A DNA stretch of 64,000 nt from an uncultured delta proteobacterium (GTDB lineage Bacteria; Myxococcota; Myxococcia; Myxococcales; Myxococcaceae), in contig CAVYSY010000024.1 in the NCBI GenBank assembly GCA_963771175.1, positions 128,001-192,000 on the forward strand, written 5' to 3'. The position numbers were made by a program, and so were the translations under genes. The notes under the pieces were generated by a model. It worked only from the letters and a program-made list of their open reading frames with translations, was not told the DNA's origin and did no database searches. Below, one piece after another: positions 38,870 through 51,223 of the stretch (the stretch's first letter is position 1; the number at the start of each line of letters is the position of its first letter).

Positions 38870-40541
38870 TCAGACCGCGTACCCCATGGCGCCCGCCTTC
38901 ACCGGCGCCTCGGGGTCGAGCATCACGTTGACGCAGGCCACGGTGCCGCTGGCCACCGCGCGCTCGAGCGCCGGGACGAATCTGCGCGGGCTCGGTGACG
39001 AGCTCGCCGTGGCCGCCCAGGGCCTCGACCACCTTGTCGTAGCGGGTGGGCGCGAGCAGCGTGCGCCGGGCGACTTGTCCTCGCCGAACATGCTGCACCT
39101 GCGGAAGGCGGATCTGCCCCCAGGCGGCGTCGTTGCCCACCACGCACACCATGGGCAGCTTGAAGCGCAGCGCCGTCTCGAAGTCCATGCCGTTGAGGCC
39201 GAACGAGCCGTCGCCCTGGATGATCCAGATGCGTGCGCTCGGGGTGCAGCACCTTCGAGGCGATGGCGAACGGCGCGCCCACGCCCAGGCACCCGAGCGG
39301 CCCCGGATCGAGCCAGCGGCCCGGCTTGCGCAGCTCGATCACCTTGGCCGCCATGGCCACCCAGTTGCCGCCGTCCGCGATGAACACCGGATCCTGCCCC
39401 GCCGCGTTGGCCACGTCCGACATCTCCTTGGCCAGCCGGTAGTGGTGGATGGGCACGCTGTCGTCCTCGTCCACTGCCTCGAGGTCGCTTGCAGCTTCTT
39501 CTGCTCGCGGCCGCGCAGCTGCGCGAGGAACGCGTCCCGCTTCGCCCGGGGCGCCGCGTCCGCGAAGGCGGTCGAGCGCGCTGTAGCTGTCGCGCGATGA
39601 TGCCCACGTCCACCGCGCGGTTGCGCCCGATCTCGGTCGGGTCGATGTCCACCTGGACGATCTTCGACTCGGCGCTGAAGGTGGGCTCGGCGCCGTAGTT
39701 GAGCCGGAAGTCGAACGGGCGTGCCGATGACGAACACCACGTCCGCGCCGCTGAGCGCCTCCTTGCGCGTGTGCTGGAAGAAGAGCGGGTGGCTCGCCGG
39801 CAGGCAGCCGCGGCCCGCGCCGTTGAGGTACACGGGCATCTGCGCCGTCTCGCAGAAGCGCCGCAGCGCGTCCCACGGCCCCGTCCCAGTACACCGACGA
39901 GCCGGCGATGACGGCGGGGCGCTCGGCGGACTTGAGCAGCGCCATGCGCCTCGTCCACCTTGCGCGGATCCGGCGCCTGCGCGCGCGTCCGTGCGGTAGC
40001 TCGCGGGCAGCTGCAGCGCCGGCCTCGTCCGCGCGCGTTGCAGAGCACGTCCCAGGCCAGCTCCAGGAACACCGGCCCCGGCCGCCCGGAGAGCGCCACC
40101 CGGAAGGCCTTGGCCAGGTAGGCGGGCACCAGCTCCGGCGTGGGGACGCGGTCCGACCACTTGGTGATGCGGTGGAAGAGGTCCACCTGCTCCATCTCCT
40201 GCAGCGAGCCGCGGCTCTGGTTGAAGATGGGCGCCGCGCCGCCCAGGAGGATCATCGGCGAGCTGGCCGCGTAGGCGTTGGCCACGCCGGTGAGCGCGTC
40301 GGTCACGCCCGGGCCCGGCCGTCACCACCGCCACGCCCACCCCGCGCGTCACCCGGGCGTAGGCGTCCGCCGCGTGCGCGGCCGCCTGCTCGTGGCGCGT
40401 GTCGATGACCTGGATGCCCTCCTCCACGCAGCCCGCGTAGATGGGGGCCACGTGCAGGCCCGAGAGGGTGAAGATGTGCCGGACGCCCTCCTTCTTGAGC
40501 ATCCGCGCGACGAGCTGCCCGCCGGTGACCATGTCGCCCAT
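38870..40541 (-). CDS. Thiamine-pyrophosphate enzyme (acetolactate synthase / 2-hydroxyacyl-CoA lyase-like; many frameshifts)
   Basis: IFTLSGLH, DTRHEQAAAHAADAYAR, VTAGPG, GRPGPVFLE, LDPGPLGCLGVG, QGDGSFG...GNDAAWG. Confidence 0.88.
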
Positions 40542-40728
40542 GACGTGCTGCCTCCTTATGAGGGGAACCTCGAAAGTCCGGTCATCATCGCCGAATCAGG
40601 CCGCCCGGGTAGCCCCTGAGCGCCCGGCCGCTCCCAGGACCGGCGTTGCAACCCCCTTCCTGGCATGTCGAAGACACTCCCCGGACGCCATCGGCCGGAG
40701 TAGGAAGGGCCGAGAGAGAAGGATCCCC

Positions 40729-42202
40729 GTGCAAGAACTCCTGGAAGTCCTGCGGCGCCAGGCGGTCCACTTCGGACCCGAGCTGGCGCGCACCGCGTAC
40801 GCGCGAGGCCTGGCCGTCACCCAGAAGGACGGCTCCACCCGGCCCATCCCCGTCACCGCCACCCCCGTCATCCTCGACGCCGCGGAGATCCGCCGGCGCG
40901 CCGCGCTCTCGGCGCACCTGGCCTCGGCCACCGTGAAGATGACGCGCGCGGTGCTCGCCGGAGCGCAGCGCGAGCTGATTCTCGGCGGCCTCTCCCCGCT
41001 GGAGCGCGCGCTCACCGAGCGCACCTGTCGCGAACGTGTCGCGCCTGGCCACCACGCGGGTGGACTTCTTCGTGGACGCCACCGGGCCGCGCGCCCTGGA
41101 GGTCAACGCCACCATTCCGGCCATGCAGGGCTACTCGGACATCGCGGCGCGCACCTTCATCGAGGTGGTGGCCCGGCACTTCGCGCTACCCCGAGAAGGC
41201 CCTCTACGCCGTCATCTCCGCCAACGGCAGCAACACGCTCGCCCTCTACCGCGCCCTGCTGGACGGCTACGCGGCCGAGCGCGACGGGAAGCATGCCGGA
41301 CACCATCGCCCTGCTCTGCCGCCGCAACGACGCGCAGATCACCGAGCAGCGCTACCTGTGCGAGCGCTTCCGCGAGTTCGGCGCGGACGCGGACGTCGTC
41401 CACCCGGACGAGGTCTCCGGCGACGAGTACTTCGAGGTGCGCGGCAAGCGCTACGACCTGGTGTACCGGCACCTCTTCGTGCGGCGGCTGGAGGAGACGC
41501 CCGCCCCGTGGGTGCAGGACTTCTTCGGCACGGTGCCGGGCCGCAAGGCGGTGCTGCTCAACCCGCCGGCCTCGCAGGTGGAGGTGAAGACGACGTTCGC
41601 CCTGCTCTCCCAGGCGCTGGTGGAGCCCGCGCTCGCGGAGGCCGCCGGGCTGTCCCCGGAGGAGCTGGAGGCGATCCGCGCCTCGGTGCCCTGGACGCGG
41701 CCCTTCCGGCACGGCCCCGGCGTGGGCCCGGATGGCGCGCAGCGTGGAGGACCTGGTGGCGCGGGTGGCCGCGGAGCCGAAGCGCTTCGTCCTCAAGCGG
41801 GCATGGGACTACGGCGGCCGGGCGGTCTATCTCGGCCGCTCGGAGGGCACTCCGGCATTCGAGGAGCGCGCGCGCGCCGCCTACGGCACCGTGCCCACCT
41901 GGGCGGAGCTGTGCGAGCGGGCCTCGACGGATCCCGCTGGCGGCGGCTTCGTGGTGCAGGAGGTGGTGGAGACCACTCCCGAGGAGCACCTGCTGTGCGA
42001 GGAGAGCGGCCTGACGTCGCTGCAGCTCCACGTGGACTACTCCGCGTATGCCTCGGTGGGACTGGAGAAGCAGCCGGCCTGGGGCGGCGTGTGCCGCGGC
42101 TCGACGTCGGAGATCGTCAACATCGTGGGAGGCGGCGGCGTGCTGCCCCTCATCACCACCGAGGTCGCCCAGAAGCTGCTGATGGCCTGGAAGGCGATTT
42201 AG
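40729..42202 (+). CDS. ATP-grasp-like (circularly permuted / glutathione-synthetase-type) amide ligase, frameshifted
   Basis: TRVDFF...ALEVNATIPAMQG; YDLVYRH; RFVLKRAWDYGGRAVYLG; FVVQEVV; IVNIVGGGG. Confidence 0.6.
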
Positions 42203-42316
42203 TCACTGACACCGGACATCCGGGAAGGGATGCCCGGCGCGGCTGTTCCGGACGCGCTATAAAGACGACGCCGGGTGGGAATTTCCACCCGACACAAGGA
42301 AAGGAACCAAAAATCC

Positions 42317-43032
42317 ATGGCTTGGGAAACCCCCGGTTGGCAGACGACGGCTCGCGCCGAGGTCAGTGACGTCCTCGTGCAGGAGTCGCAGCGCGCCTTC
42401 ATGTCGCGCGTGTACGGCTGGATGTTCGCCGGGCTCTCCGTGACCGGCCTGGTGGCGATGTTCACCGCCACCAACGAAGCGGTCCTCATGCAGGTCATCC
42501 AGTGGCGGTGGGGGCTGTTCCTCGCCCAGCTCGGCCTGGTGTTCGCCCTGTCGGGGATGGCGCACCGGCTCTCCGAGCGCGGTGGCCTCGGCGCTCTTCC
42601 TCGGCTACTCGGTGCTCACCGGGCTCACCATGTCGGTGATCTTCCTCATCTACACGTCGGCCTCCATCGGCAGCGCCTTCCTGCTGACGGCGGGCACCTT
42701 CGGGGCGATGAGCGTCTTCGGAACGGTCACCAAGAAGAACCTGAGCAGCTGGGCCACCTTCCTCATCATGGGTGCCATCGGCATCGTGCATCGCCAGCAT
42801 CGTGCAGGTCTTCATGCAGAGCCCGATGCTGAACTTCGTGCTCGGGTGCGCGGGCGTGCTCGTCTTCGCGGGCCTCACCGCCTACGACACGCAGAAGCTG
42901 CGCGAGATGCACGCCGGCTCGGGCTACAGCTCGACCGCCACGCTGAGCATCGTGGGCGCGCTGGTGCTGTACCTGGACTTCATCAACCTCTTCATCTCGC
43001 TGCTGCGTCTCTTCGGCGACCGTCGTCGCTAG
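42317..43032 (+). CDS. Bax inhibitor-1/YccA family membrane protein (frameshifts near 42578 and 42790)
   Basis: RAFMSRVYGWMFAGLSVTG; FLGYSVLTGLT; LTAYDTQKL; GALVLYLDFINLFISLLRLFG. Confidence 0.9.
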
Positions 43033-43057
43033 TCGCACTCTCGCGGGATGAGACTCA

Positions 43058-43093
43058 GGCGGTGGGCTCCCGGGCCCGCCGCCTTTTTCTTTT
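43058..43093 (+). terminator. Rho-independent terminator
   Basis: AGGCGGTGGGCTCCCGGGCCCGCCGCC hairpin followed by TTTTTCTTTT. Confidence 0.75.
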
Positions 43094-43142
43094 CGCACAC
43101 GCCAGCCACGCCTCCCGTCGGCCTCCCGGCCGCACTTCTCGG

Positions 43143-43169
43143 AAACCTGTCCGACAGTCGGACAGGTTT
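43143..43169. repeat. Perfect 27-bp palindrome (REP-like element)
   Basis: AAACCTGTCCGAC-A-GTCGGACAGGTTT. Confidence 0.7.
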
Positions 43170-43228
43170 TTGAAGACCGCGTCCGGCGCCCCCTCCCTCA
43201 CGGATTTTCTTCGGATAGGCTCTCCGGC

Positions 43229-44050
43229 ATGAGCCACGAGCACGGCCGAAAGCCAGATGACAGCGGGTTGGAGCTGGACTGGAAGGGGCGCACCACGCCG
43301 GAGGAGCGAGCCCTGGCGCCCGCGCCTGGGCTCCCCGAGGCACAGGCGGGCCGTGGAGCCCCGGGGGAGCCGCGCTACATGAGCATGGAGCTGCGCACCG
43401 TGCTCGCCCCGCTGTTCGAGGGTCCGGGCCTGCGCGTGCGCCAGTTGCGCGAGTGGCCGGAGATGCTCGTCGGCTGGGAGACGCGCAACCGCTACGAGGC
43501 CATCGACCTCGACGGACGCTTCATGCTGTACCTCGGCGAGACGGGCGAGGGCTGGGGCAACGCGCTGCTGCGCAACTTCTGGCCCTTCCGCCGGGTGGAG
43601 ATGGAGTGCGTGACCCAGGGGGGCACGCGGGCCCTGAGCCTTCAGCAACCCTGGACGTTCTTCTTCAAGTACGTGGAGGTGACGGCCTGGGACGGGCGCC
43701 AGCTCGGCTACATCCAGCAACGCTTCGGGGTGTTGCGCCGAACCTTCGACCTCTGCACTCCGGCCGGCGTGGTGATGGCCACCCTGGAGGGCCCGCAGTG
43801 GCGACCGTGGACCTTCTACGTCAAGCAGCGCGGCGAGGAGGTGGCCATCATCCGCAAGCAGTGGAGCGGGTTCGGCACCGAGGTCTTCAGCGACGCCGAC
43901 AACTTCGGCGTGGAGTTCAAGCCGGGGCTCACCGACCCCCGGCTGCGGCAGATGGTGCTCGCCGCCACCCTGATGGTGGACCTCCTCTACTTCGAGAACC
44001 GCGAGAGCTCGGGCAGCGGCGTGGGCCACCTGCTCAGCTTCTTCGACTGA
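43229..44050 (+). CDS. Phospholipid scramblase / LURP-one-like protein
   Basis: WETRNRYE, IRKQWSGFGTEVFSDADNFGVEF, LAATLMVDLLYFEN. Confidence 0.8.
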   Translation: MSHEHGRKPDDSGLELDWKGRTTPEERALAPAPGLPEAQAGRGAPGEPRYMSMELRTVLAPLFEGPGLRVRQLREWPEMLVGWETRNRYEAIDLDGRFMLYLGETGEGWGNALLRNFWPFRRVEMECVTQGGTRALSLQQPWTFFFKYVEVTAWDGRQLGYIQQRFGVLRRTFDLCTPAGVVMATLEGPQWRPWTFYVKQRGEEVAIIRKQWSGFGTEVFSDADNFGVEFKPGLTDPRLRQMVLAATLMVDLLYFENRESSGSGVGHLLSFFD

Positions 44051-44057
44051 GCCGGCC

Positions 44058-44393
44058 CTACTCCGCGGCCTTCTTGCGCGAGAACGGCATCAACAGCCGC
44101 TCCACGGGCTGGCCGCCCACGAGGTGCTCGTCGACGATGGCGGGCACGTCCTCGGGCTTCACCCCGCCGTACCAGGTGCCCTCCGGGTAGACGACCACGG
44201 AGACCCCGAACGTGCAGGTGTCCAGGCACCCGGCCGCGTTGGCCCGCATCTGTCCCTTGAGGCCGCGCTTGTCCAGCTCCTCCTTGAAGCGGGCGCGGAC
44301 CTCCTCGGCACCCTTCGAGGCGCAGCAACCCTTGGGGTGCCCTTCGGGGCGCTGGTTCGTGCAGACGAATACGTGACGCTTGAAGGGAGGCAT
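44058..44393 (-). CDS. Thioredoxin-like (2Fe-2S) ferredoxin
   Basis: HVFVCTNQR...GCC...AGCLDTC...VVVYPEGTWYG. Confidence 0.9.
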   Translation of the reverse strand: MPPFKRHVFVCTNQRPEGHPKGCCASKGAEEVRARFKEELDKRGLKGQMRANAAGCLDTCTFGVSVVVYPEGTWYGGVKPEDVPAIVDEHLVGGQPVERLLMPFSRKKAAE

Positions 44394-44687
44394 GTCGCCC
44401 TCCTAACGCGGCTTCCGTCCAAAAGCGATAACCCGTCCGTGACCCGCCTGTCCCTTTCTTGCCTCGGACCCTAGGCAGCCGGACGATCCGTGCACAGACT
44501 CTCAGCAAACATCCGCTAGTGATCACCGGCCTTTCCGCGGGAGTGACGCTACATGACTGGTCAGCCAAGGACACTCCACCATTCAAGAGAGTTGATCGGC
44601 GGCCGGGCAGGCTTTAGATCGGCTCCCTCGCCGCGGTCCGGGACCGCGGGAGTCGATCCGGACGTGCGCTCTCGGAGCGTTCACCGT

Positions 44688-44734
44688 CCCCTATTTGTAG
44701 GTGTCTCAATGGCGGCGGACACAAGATCTGGGGG
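44688..44734 (+). promoter_or_regulatory. Tandem NrdR boxes
   Basis: CCCCTATTTGTAGGTG (44688) and ACACAAGATCTGGGGG (44719) match acaCwAtATaTwGtg and start 31 bp apart, upstream of nrdJ. Confidence 0.75.
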
Positions 44735-44971
44735 GCACGGAACCTTGACGAGCCCGGAACGAAGATCGTACCTTTGCTTACCTGTTTGCCCCTCTCGCGG
44801 GCGGGCAGGACCCCAACAAACGAGAATTTGACCCCGCGCCACGCACCTCTCCCTACCTGGGAAGAGCGCGTGCCGTATTGAGATCACTTGATCCCAAGAG
44901 ATCTCGCGGGCTTGGCTTTTTGCAAATTTTGCAGTCGCACAGCGAGTGAAAGCAGTACCGGAGGGTGGACC

Positions 44972-47752
<2,781 letters not shown>

Positions 47753-47881
47753 TCCCCCTGCCCTCTCCCCTCGGGAGAGAGGGCCGTGAGGGAAACAGGT
47801 GAACTCGGGTTCAACCCCGGCCCTTGGATCAAGGGCTGGGGGTCAAGGTGCCCGTTGGCTCCTGACGTGAACCCGAAATCG

Positions 47882-47915
47882 AGGCTCCGGTGCCTGCGCA
47901 CCGGGGCCTTTTTCA
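47882..47915 (+). terminator. Rho-independent terminator after nrdJ
   Basis: AGGCTCCGGTGC-CT-GCGCACCGGGGCC followed by TTTTT. Confidence 0.75.
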
Positions 47916-47940
47916 TTTCGGAGAAGCCCCCGAGGGCACC

Positions 47941-50900
47941 TCAGCGAGCGCCGTCGTTCAGCCGGCCGTAGACCTCGGAGGCCTCCGCGATGAGCTGCTC
48001 CAGCTCCTGGAGCTCCTGGGCCCTGAACGGAGACGGCCCGCCGTCGATGACGACGAAGCCCACCGTGCCCTGGTTCAGCCGGATCGGCGCGGCCAGCAGG
48101 TGCGAGAACGACTCGCCCAGGGCTCCGAAGAGGATCTCGTCCTCCTGGCTCTCCGGAACGCTGGAGATGATGGGCCTCCCATCCGCCGCGGCCTTCGCGA
48201 GGATCGACGGAGCCTCGAGGTCCACGTGCAGCGCCGAGACCGCGTACTTGTCGCTGCCAGCGCCATACGCACGCCCCACCCGGGCGAAGCCGAACGTCTC
48301 GCCCAGGAGGAAGCCTCGCGGGAATCGCCCATGGCAGTAGGCCAGCAGCGCCTTGCCCAGCGCGCCCCGCGTCGTCGCCTGCCGCAGGGCCTCGAGTGCC
48401 TCCTGGAACTGCAAATGTCGGGCGCCCGCGTCCTCGGTCGACAAGCTCCCGGCCCACGCGCCACCCGCATACGCCGCACCCGACTCCGGCTCGGCCGAGG
48501 GCTGCCAGGACGGGATGAACTCGTGGACGGAGGCCAGTGGGACCTCGTCTCCCTGGAAGGAGAAGTCCGCCCCCGTGGAGCTCGCGTCGTTCGTCGAGAA
48601 ATCCACCTCGATGGCTCGCCGCTCCCAAGGAGACGTGGGCGCCTGACGCAGGTTGGCCTCCGCCCCACCCTGGTCCATGGCGTCCCAGTTCGATGACACC
48701 TCCATCTCCCCAATGGGCATCGGCGGCAGCTCGACCGGTGCCGAGGGAACAGCCTTGACCTCACTCTCGATGGGCGCCTCGGGGGCCACCTCCACCGTCG
48801 ACTCCTGCGTGGGAGCCGGAGTGGCGGAGCCAGCGTCCGCCATCATGACCGGAGGCGACTCGCTCACGGGGGCCGGTGCCACGGCGTTGCTGGGAGGCGC
48901 GGCGGAGACAGCCACTTCCGAGGGCGGGACCTCCGAGAAAACGGACGAAAAAGACTCGGCCTGCGCGGCGGCAGGCACCGGAACCTCTGGCAGAGGAGCC
49001 ACTTCCACGAGCGGCTCGGGCTCGCGCGAAACGTCCGCCAGGGCCACTGGAGGTTTCGCCTCGGGCACCGGCGCGGCGGGTACGGGCTGGGCAGGAGGCG
49101 CGGCGGCTGTTGTCCCCTGAGTCGGCGCGGGCTGCGGCTGGCTCACGCCCGAAGCACCCGTCGCGGGAGCCGTTGCCGGAGACTGGCCAGCAGGAGCCGC
49201 CTGGGTCGCGCTCTGCGTCGGCGAGGACGGAGCGCCCACCGGGGGACGCATCGCGGGCGCGCCAGGAGGAACCTGGGCGCCAGCGGGAGCCGGCGGCACA
49301 CCAGGAGCCGGAGGACGCGCCGCGGTGGCCGGTGCCGGCGGACCCGCAGGAGGACGCGCCACTCCCGGTGCTTGAGGCGCTCCCTGCGCCATTCCCGCTC
49401 CGGCGCCGGGCGAAGTCCCCGCCGAGGCAGCAGGAGCCGAAGGGGCGCCGGGCTGGGACGACCCGGGAGCGCTCCGAGGCATCATGCCCGGAGGCAGGTT
49501 CTGCCCGGCCTGCGCGGGCCCACCCGGCACGGGCGCGGGTCCCACCGGCCGGGCCACCGGCTGTGCACCCGGGGAGGCGGGCGCTGCGGGTGACGAGGGT
49601 TGTGAGGGCACCGCGCCGGCCGAGGCGTTCACGGGAGCCGTCGGCCCGGCGGACGGTTTCGCGGACACCGGAGGCTGCGGCAGCACGGCCCCTCCCGGCG
49701 CTCCAGCGGGAGACCCCGGCACTCCGGGCGCGGCAGGAGCCGCCGCCGGCCGAGGAGGCACGGCCGCGCTGGGTGCCCCGGGTGCTCTCATGGCCACCGG
49801 CTGCGGAGGCTGCGCGGGCACCGCTCCAGCCGGTGCATTGCCCGGTACCGAGGGCGGTCCAGACTGCGGCCGTTGAGGCATCGCCACACCCGCCCCAGCT
49901 CCGGGCGCCGCCGGAGCCGCGGACATCCCCGAGGCCGGCGAAGGCTGCGGTGCAGGAGGAGCTCCCGCCGGAGCACTCCCCGGCGCGACGGGCGAGGGCT
50001 GTGGCCGTGGCGCCATGGCGCCAGCAGGAGCCGCCCCAGGAGCGCCCGGCACCGGAGCGCCCATCGGAGCCGAGGGAGGCCGCGCCGGCACGGCACCAGG
50101 CGCCGCACCACCGGGCGCACCCGGCCCTGGCCCGGCAGGCGTTCCCACCGCCATCGGCGCGGGCTTCGCGGCAGCTCCAACCGCCGAGGGCTGTGGAGCC
50201 GCCATCGGCGCGGGCCGCATCCCAGGAGGCTGACCCTGAGGACTCGCCCCGGGGACGGCGCCGGAAACGGGCGTGGGCGGAGCGGGCCGTACGGCGGCGG
50301 GAGCCGCCGCGGGCGGAGGCTGTATCGGGCTCGCGGCAGTCGGCGGAGTCCCAGGAGCCGGGCGGGGCGCCGAGACCGGAGCCGCCTGGACGGGAGTCGG
50401 CTGCGGAACCGTCGCGGAAGCCGGAGCAGCCGAGGGAGCCGGTCGCGGCGCCGCCGGAGACGGCTGCGGCGAGCTCGGAGCCCCCTGCGTCGGAGTCACA
50501 GGCGGCAGAGGACCCGTGGGACGCTGCGGAACCGGAGCCCCCTGCCCCATCGGAGGAGCCACCCGCGCCGCGGGCGCCTGTGCCCCGGCGACAGGTCCGG
50601 CGGGGCCGTTCGGAGGCGCTGCCGGCGCGGCCACTGGAGCGGGAGCGAGCGGCGGCGCGACCTTGGGTTGAACCGGGCGGACGGGGCGCACCGGCTTGGG
50701 GATGCCGTAGTACTTCTCCAGCAGGGAGAAGAGGCGCAGCTCCGGCACGATGGAGGGCACGATGCGCATGCCCGTGGCGAAGCCGAGCGCATCGACGTGC
50801 TTCGGCTCCTGCGGATTCACCATGGCCACGCGCAGGCGGCGGCCCTCGAGCGCGATCGGACACGACAGGTGGTTGCGCGCGAGCTCGGGCTTGAGCGCCG

Positions 50901-51126
50901 CCAGGGCCTCGGGCGAGACCACCTCCAGCTCCGCCTCCGTGGCGAGCGGATAGTGGTACGCATCCGACAGCACCTGGCCCAACGTGCCCAGGTCGAGCAG
51001 ACCCAGCTCGACCAGGTTGGTCCCCAGGCTGGCGCCGTAGATGAGTTGAGACTTCAGGGCCTCATCGAGCTGCGACTGCGTGATGAGTCCCTTGCGGACC
51101 AGAAGCGCTCCGAGCTGTTCGACCAT
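47941..51126 (-). CDS. MshEN (GspE N-terminal) domain protein with ~700-aa Pro/Ala-rich linker and C-terminal GAF-like domain
   Basis: EQLGALLVRKGLITQSQLDEALKSQ...SLGTNLVELGLL; LRVAMVNP...FATGMRIVP; low-complexity centre; LLAAPIRLNQGTVGFVVID. Recalled position matches Myxococcus agmQ (unverified). Confidence 0.8.
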   Translation of the reverse strand: MVEQLGALLVRKGLITQSQLDEALKSQLIYGASLGTNLVELGLLDLGTLGQVLSDAYHYPLATEAELEVVSPEALAALKPELARNHLSCPIALEGRRLRVAMVNPQEPKHVDALGFATGMRIVPSIVPELRLFSLLEKYYGIPKPVRPVRPVQPKVAPPLAPAPVAAPAAPPNGPAGPVAGAQAPAARVAPPMGQGAPVPQRPTGPLPPVTPTQGAPSSPQPSPAAPRPAPSAAPASATVPQPTPVQAAPVSAPRPAPGTPPTAASPIQPPPAAAPAAVRPAPPTPVSGAVPGASPQGQPPGMRPAPMAAPQPSAVGAAAKPAPMAVGTPAGPGPGAPGGAAPGAVPARPPSAPMGAPVPGAPGAAPAGAMAPRPQPSPVAPGSAPAGAPPAPQPSPASGMSAAPAAPGAGAGVAMPQRPQSGPPSVPGNAPAGAVPAQPPQPVAMRAPGAPSAAVPPRPAAAPAAPGVPGSPAGAPGGAVLPQPPVSAKPSAGPTAPVNASAGAVPSQPSSPAAPASPGAQPVARPVGPAPVPGGPAQAGQNLPPGMMPRSAPGSSQPGAPSAPAASAGTSPGAGAGMAQGAPQAPGVARPPAGPPAPATAARPPAPGVPPAPAGAQVPPGAPAMRPPVGAPSSPTQSATQAAPAGQSPATAPATGASGVSQPQPAPTQGTTAAAPPAQPVPAAPVPEAKPPVALADVSREPEPLVEVAPLPEVPVPAAAQAESFSSVFSEVPPSEVAVSAAPPSNAVAPAPVSESPPVMMADAGSATPAPTQESTVEVAPEAPIESEVKAVPSAPVELPPMPIGEMEVSSNWDAMDQGGAEANLRQAPTSPWERRAIEVDFSTNDASSTGADFSFQGDEVPLASVHEFIPSWQPSAEPESGAAYAGGAWAGSLSTEDAGARHLQFQEALEALRQATTRGALGKALLAYCHGRFPRGFLLGETFGFARVGRAYGAGSDKYAVSALHVDLEAPSILAKAAADGRPIISSVPESQEDEILFGALGESFSHLLAAPIRLNQGTVGFVVIDGGPSPFRAQELQELEQLIAEASEVYGRLNDGAR

Positions 51127-51223
51127 GTCGCGCCGATTCTAGTCCGGCCTCCCCCGAGAGAGCAGCGTGCTCGCCCAGAAGGCGTGAATCAGCGCACACA
51201 CTCCCGAGTGTCCACGGTCGTAC

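Noticed and set aside
44830..44915. Cobalamin riboswitch upstream of nrdJ
   Set aside because: Only a CTGGGAAG fragment resembles it; the other conserved B12-element motifs are not found.
48800..50700. Repetitive GGAGCC-rich tract as a CRISPR or DNA repeat array
   Set aside because: No fixed repeat-spacer period; it reflects Pro/Ala/Gly codons of the MshEN protein linker.
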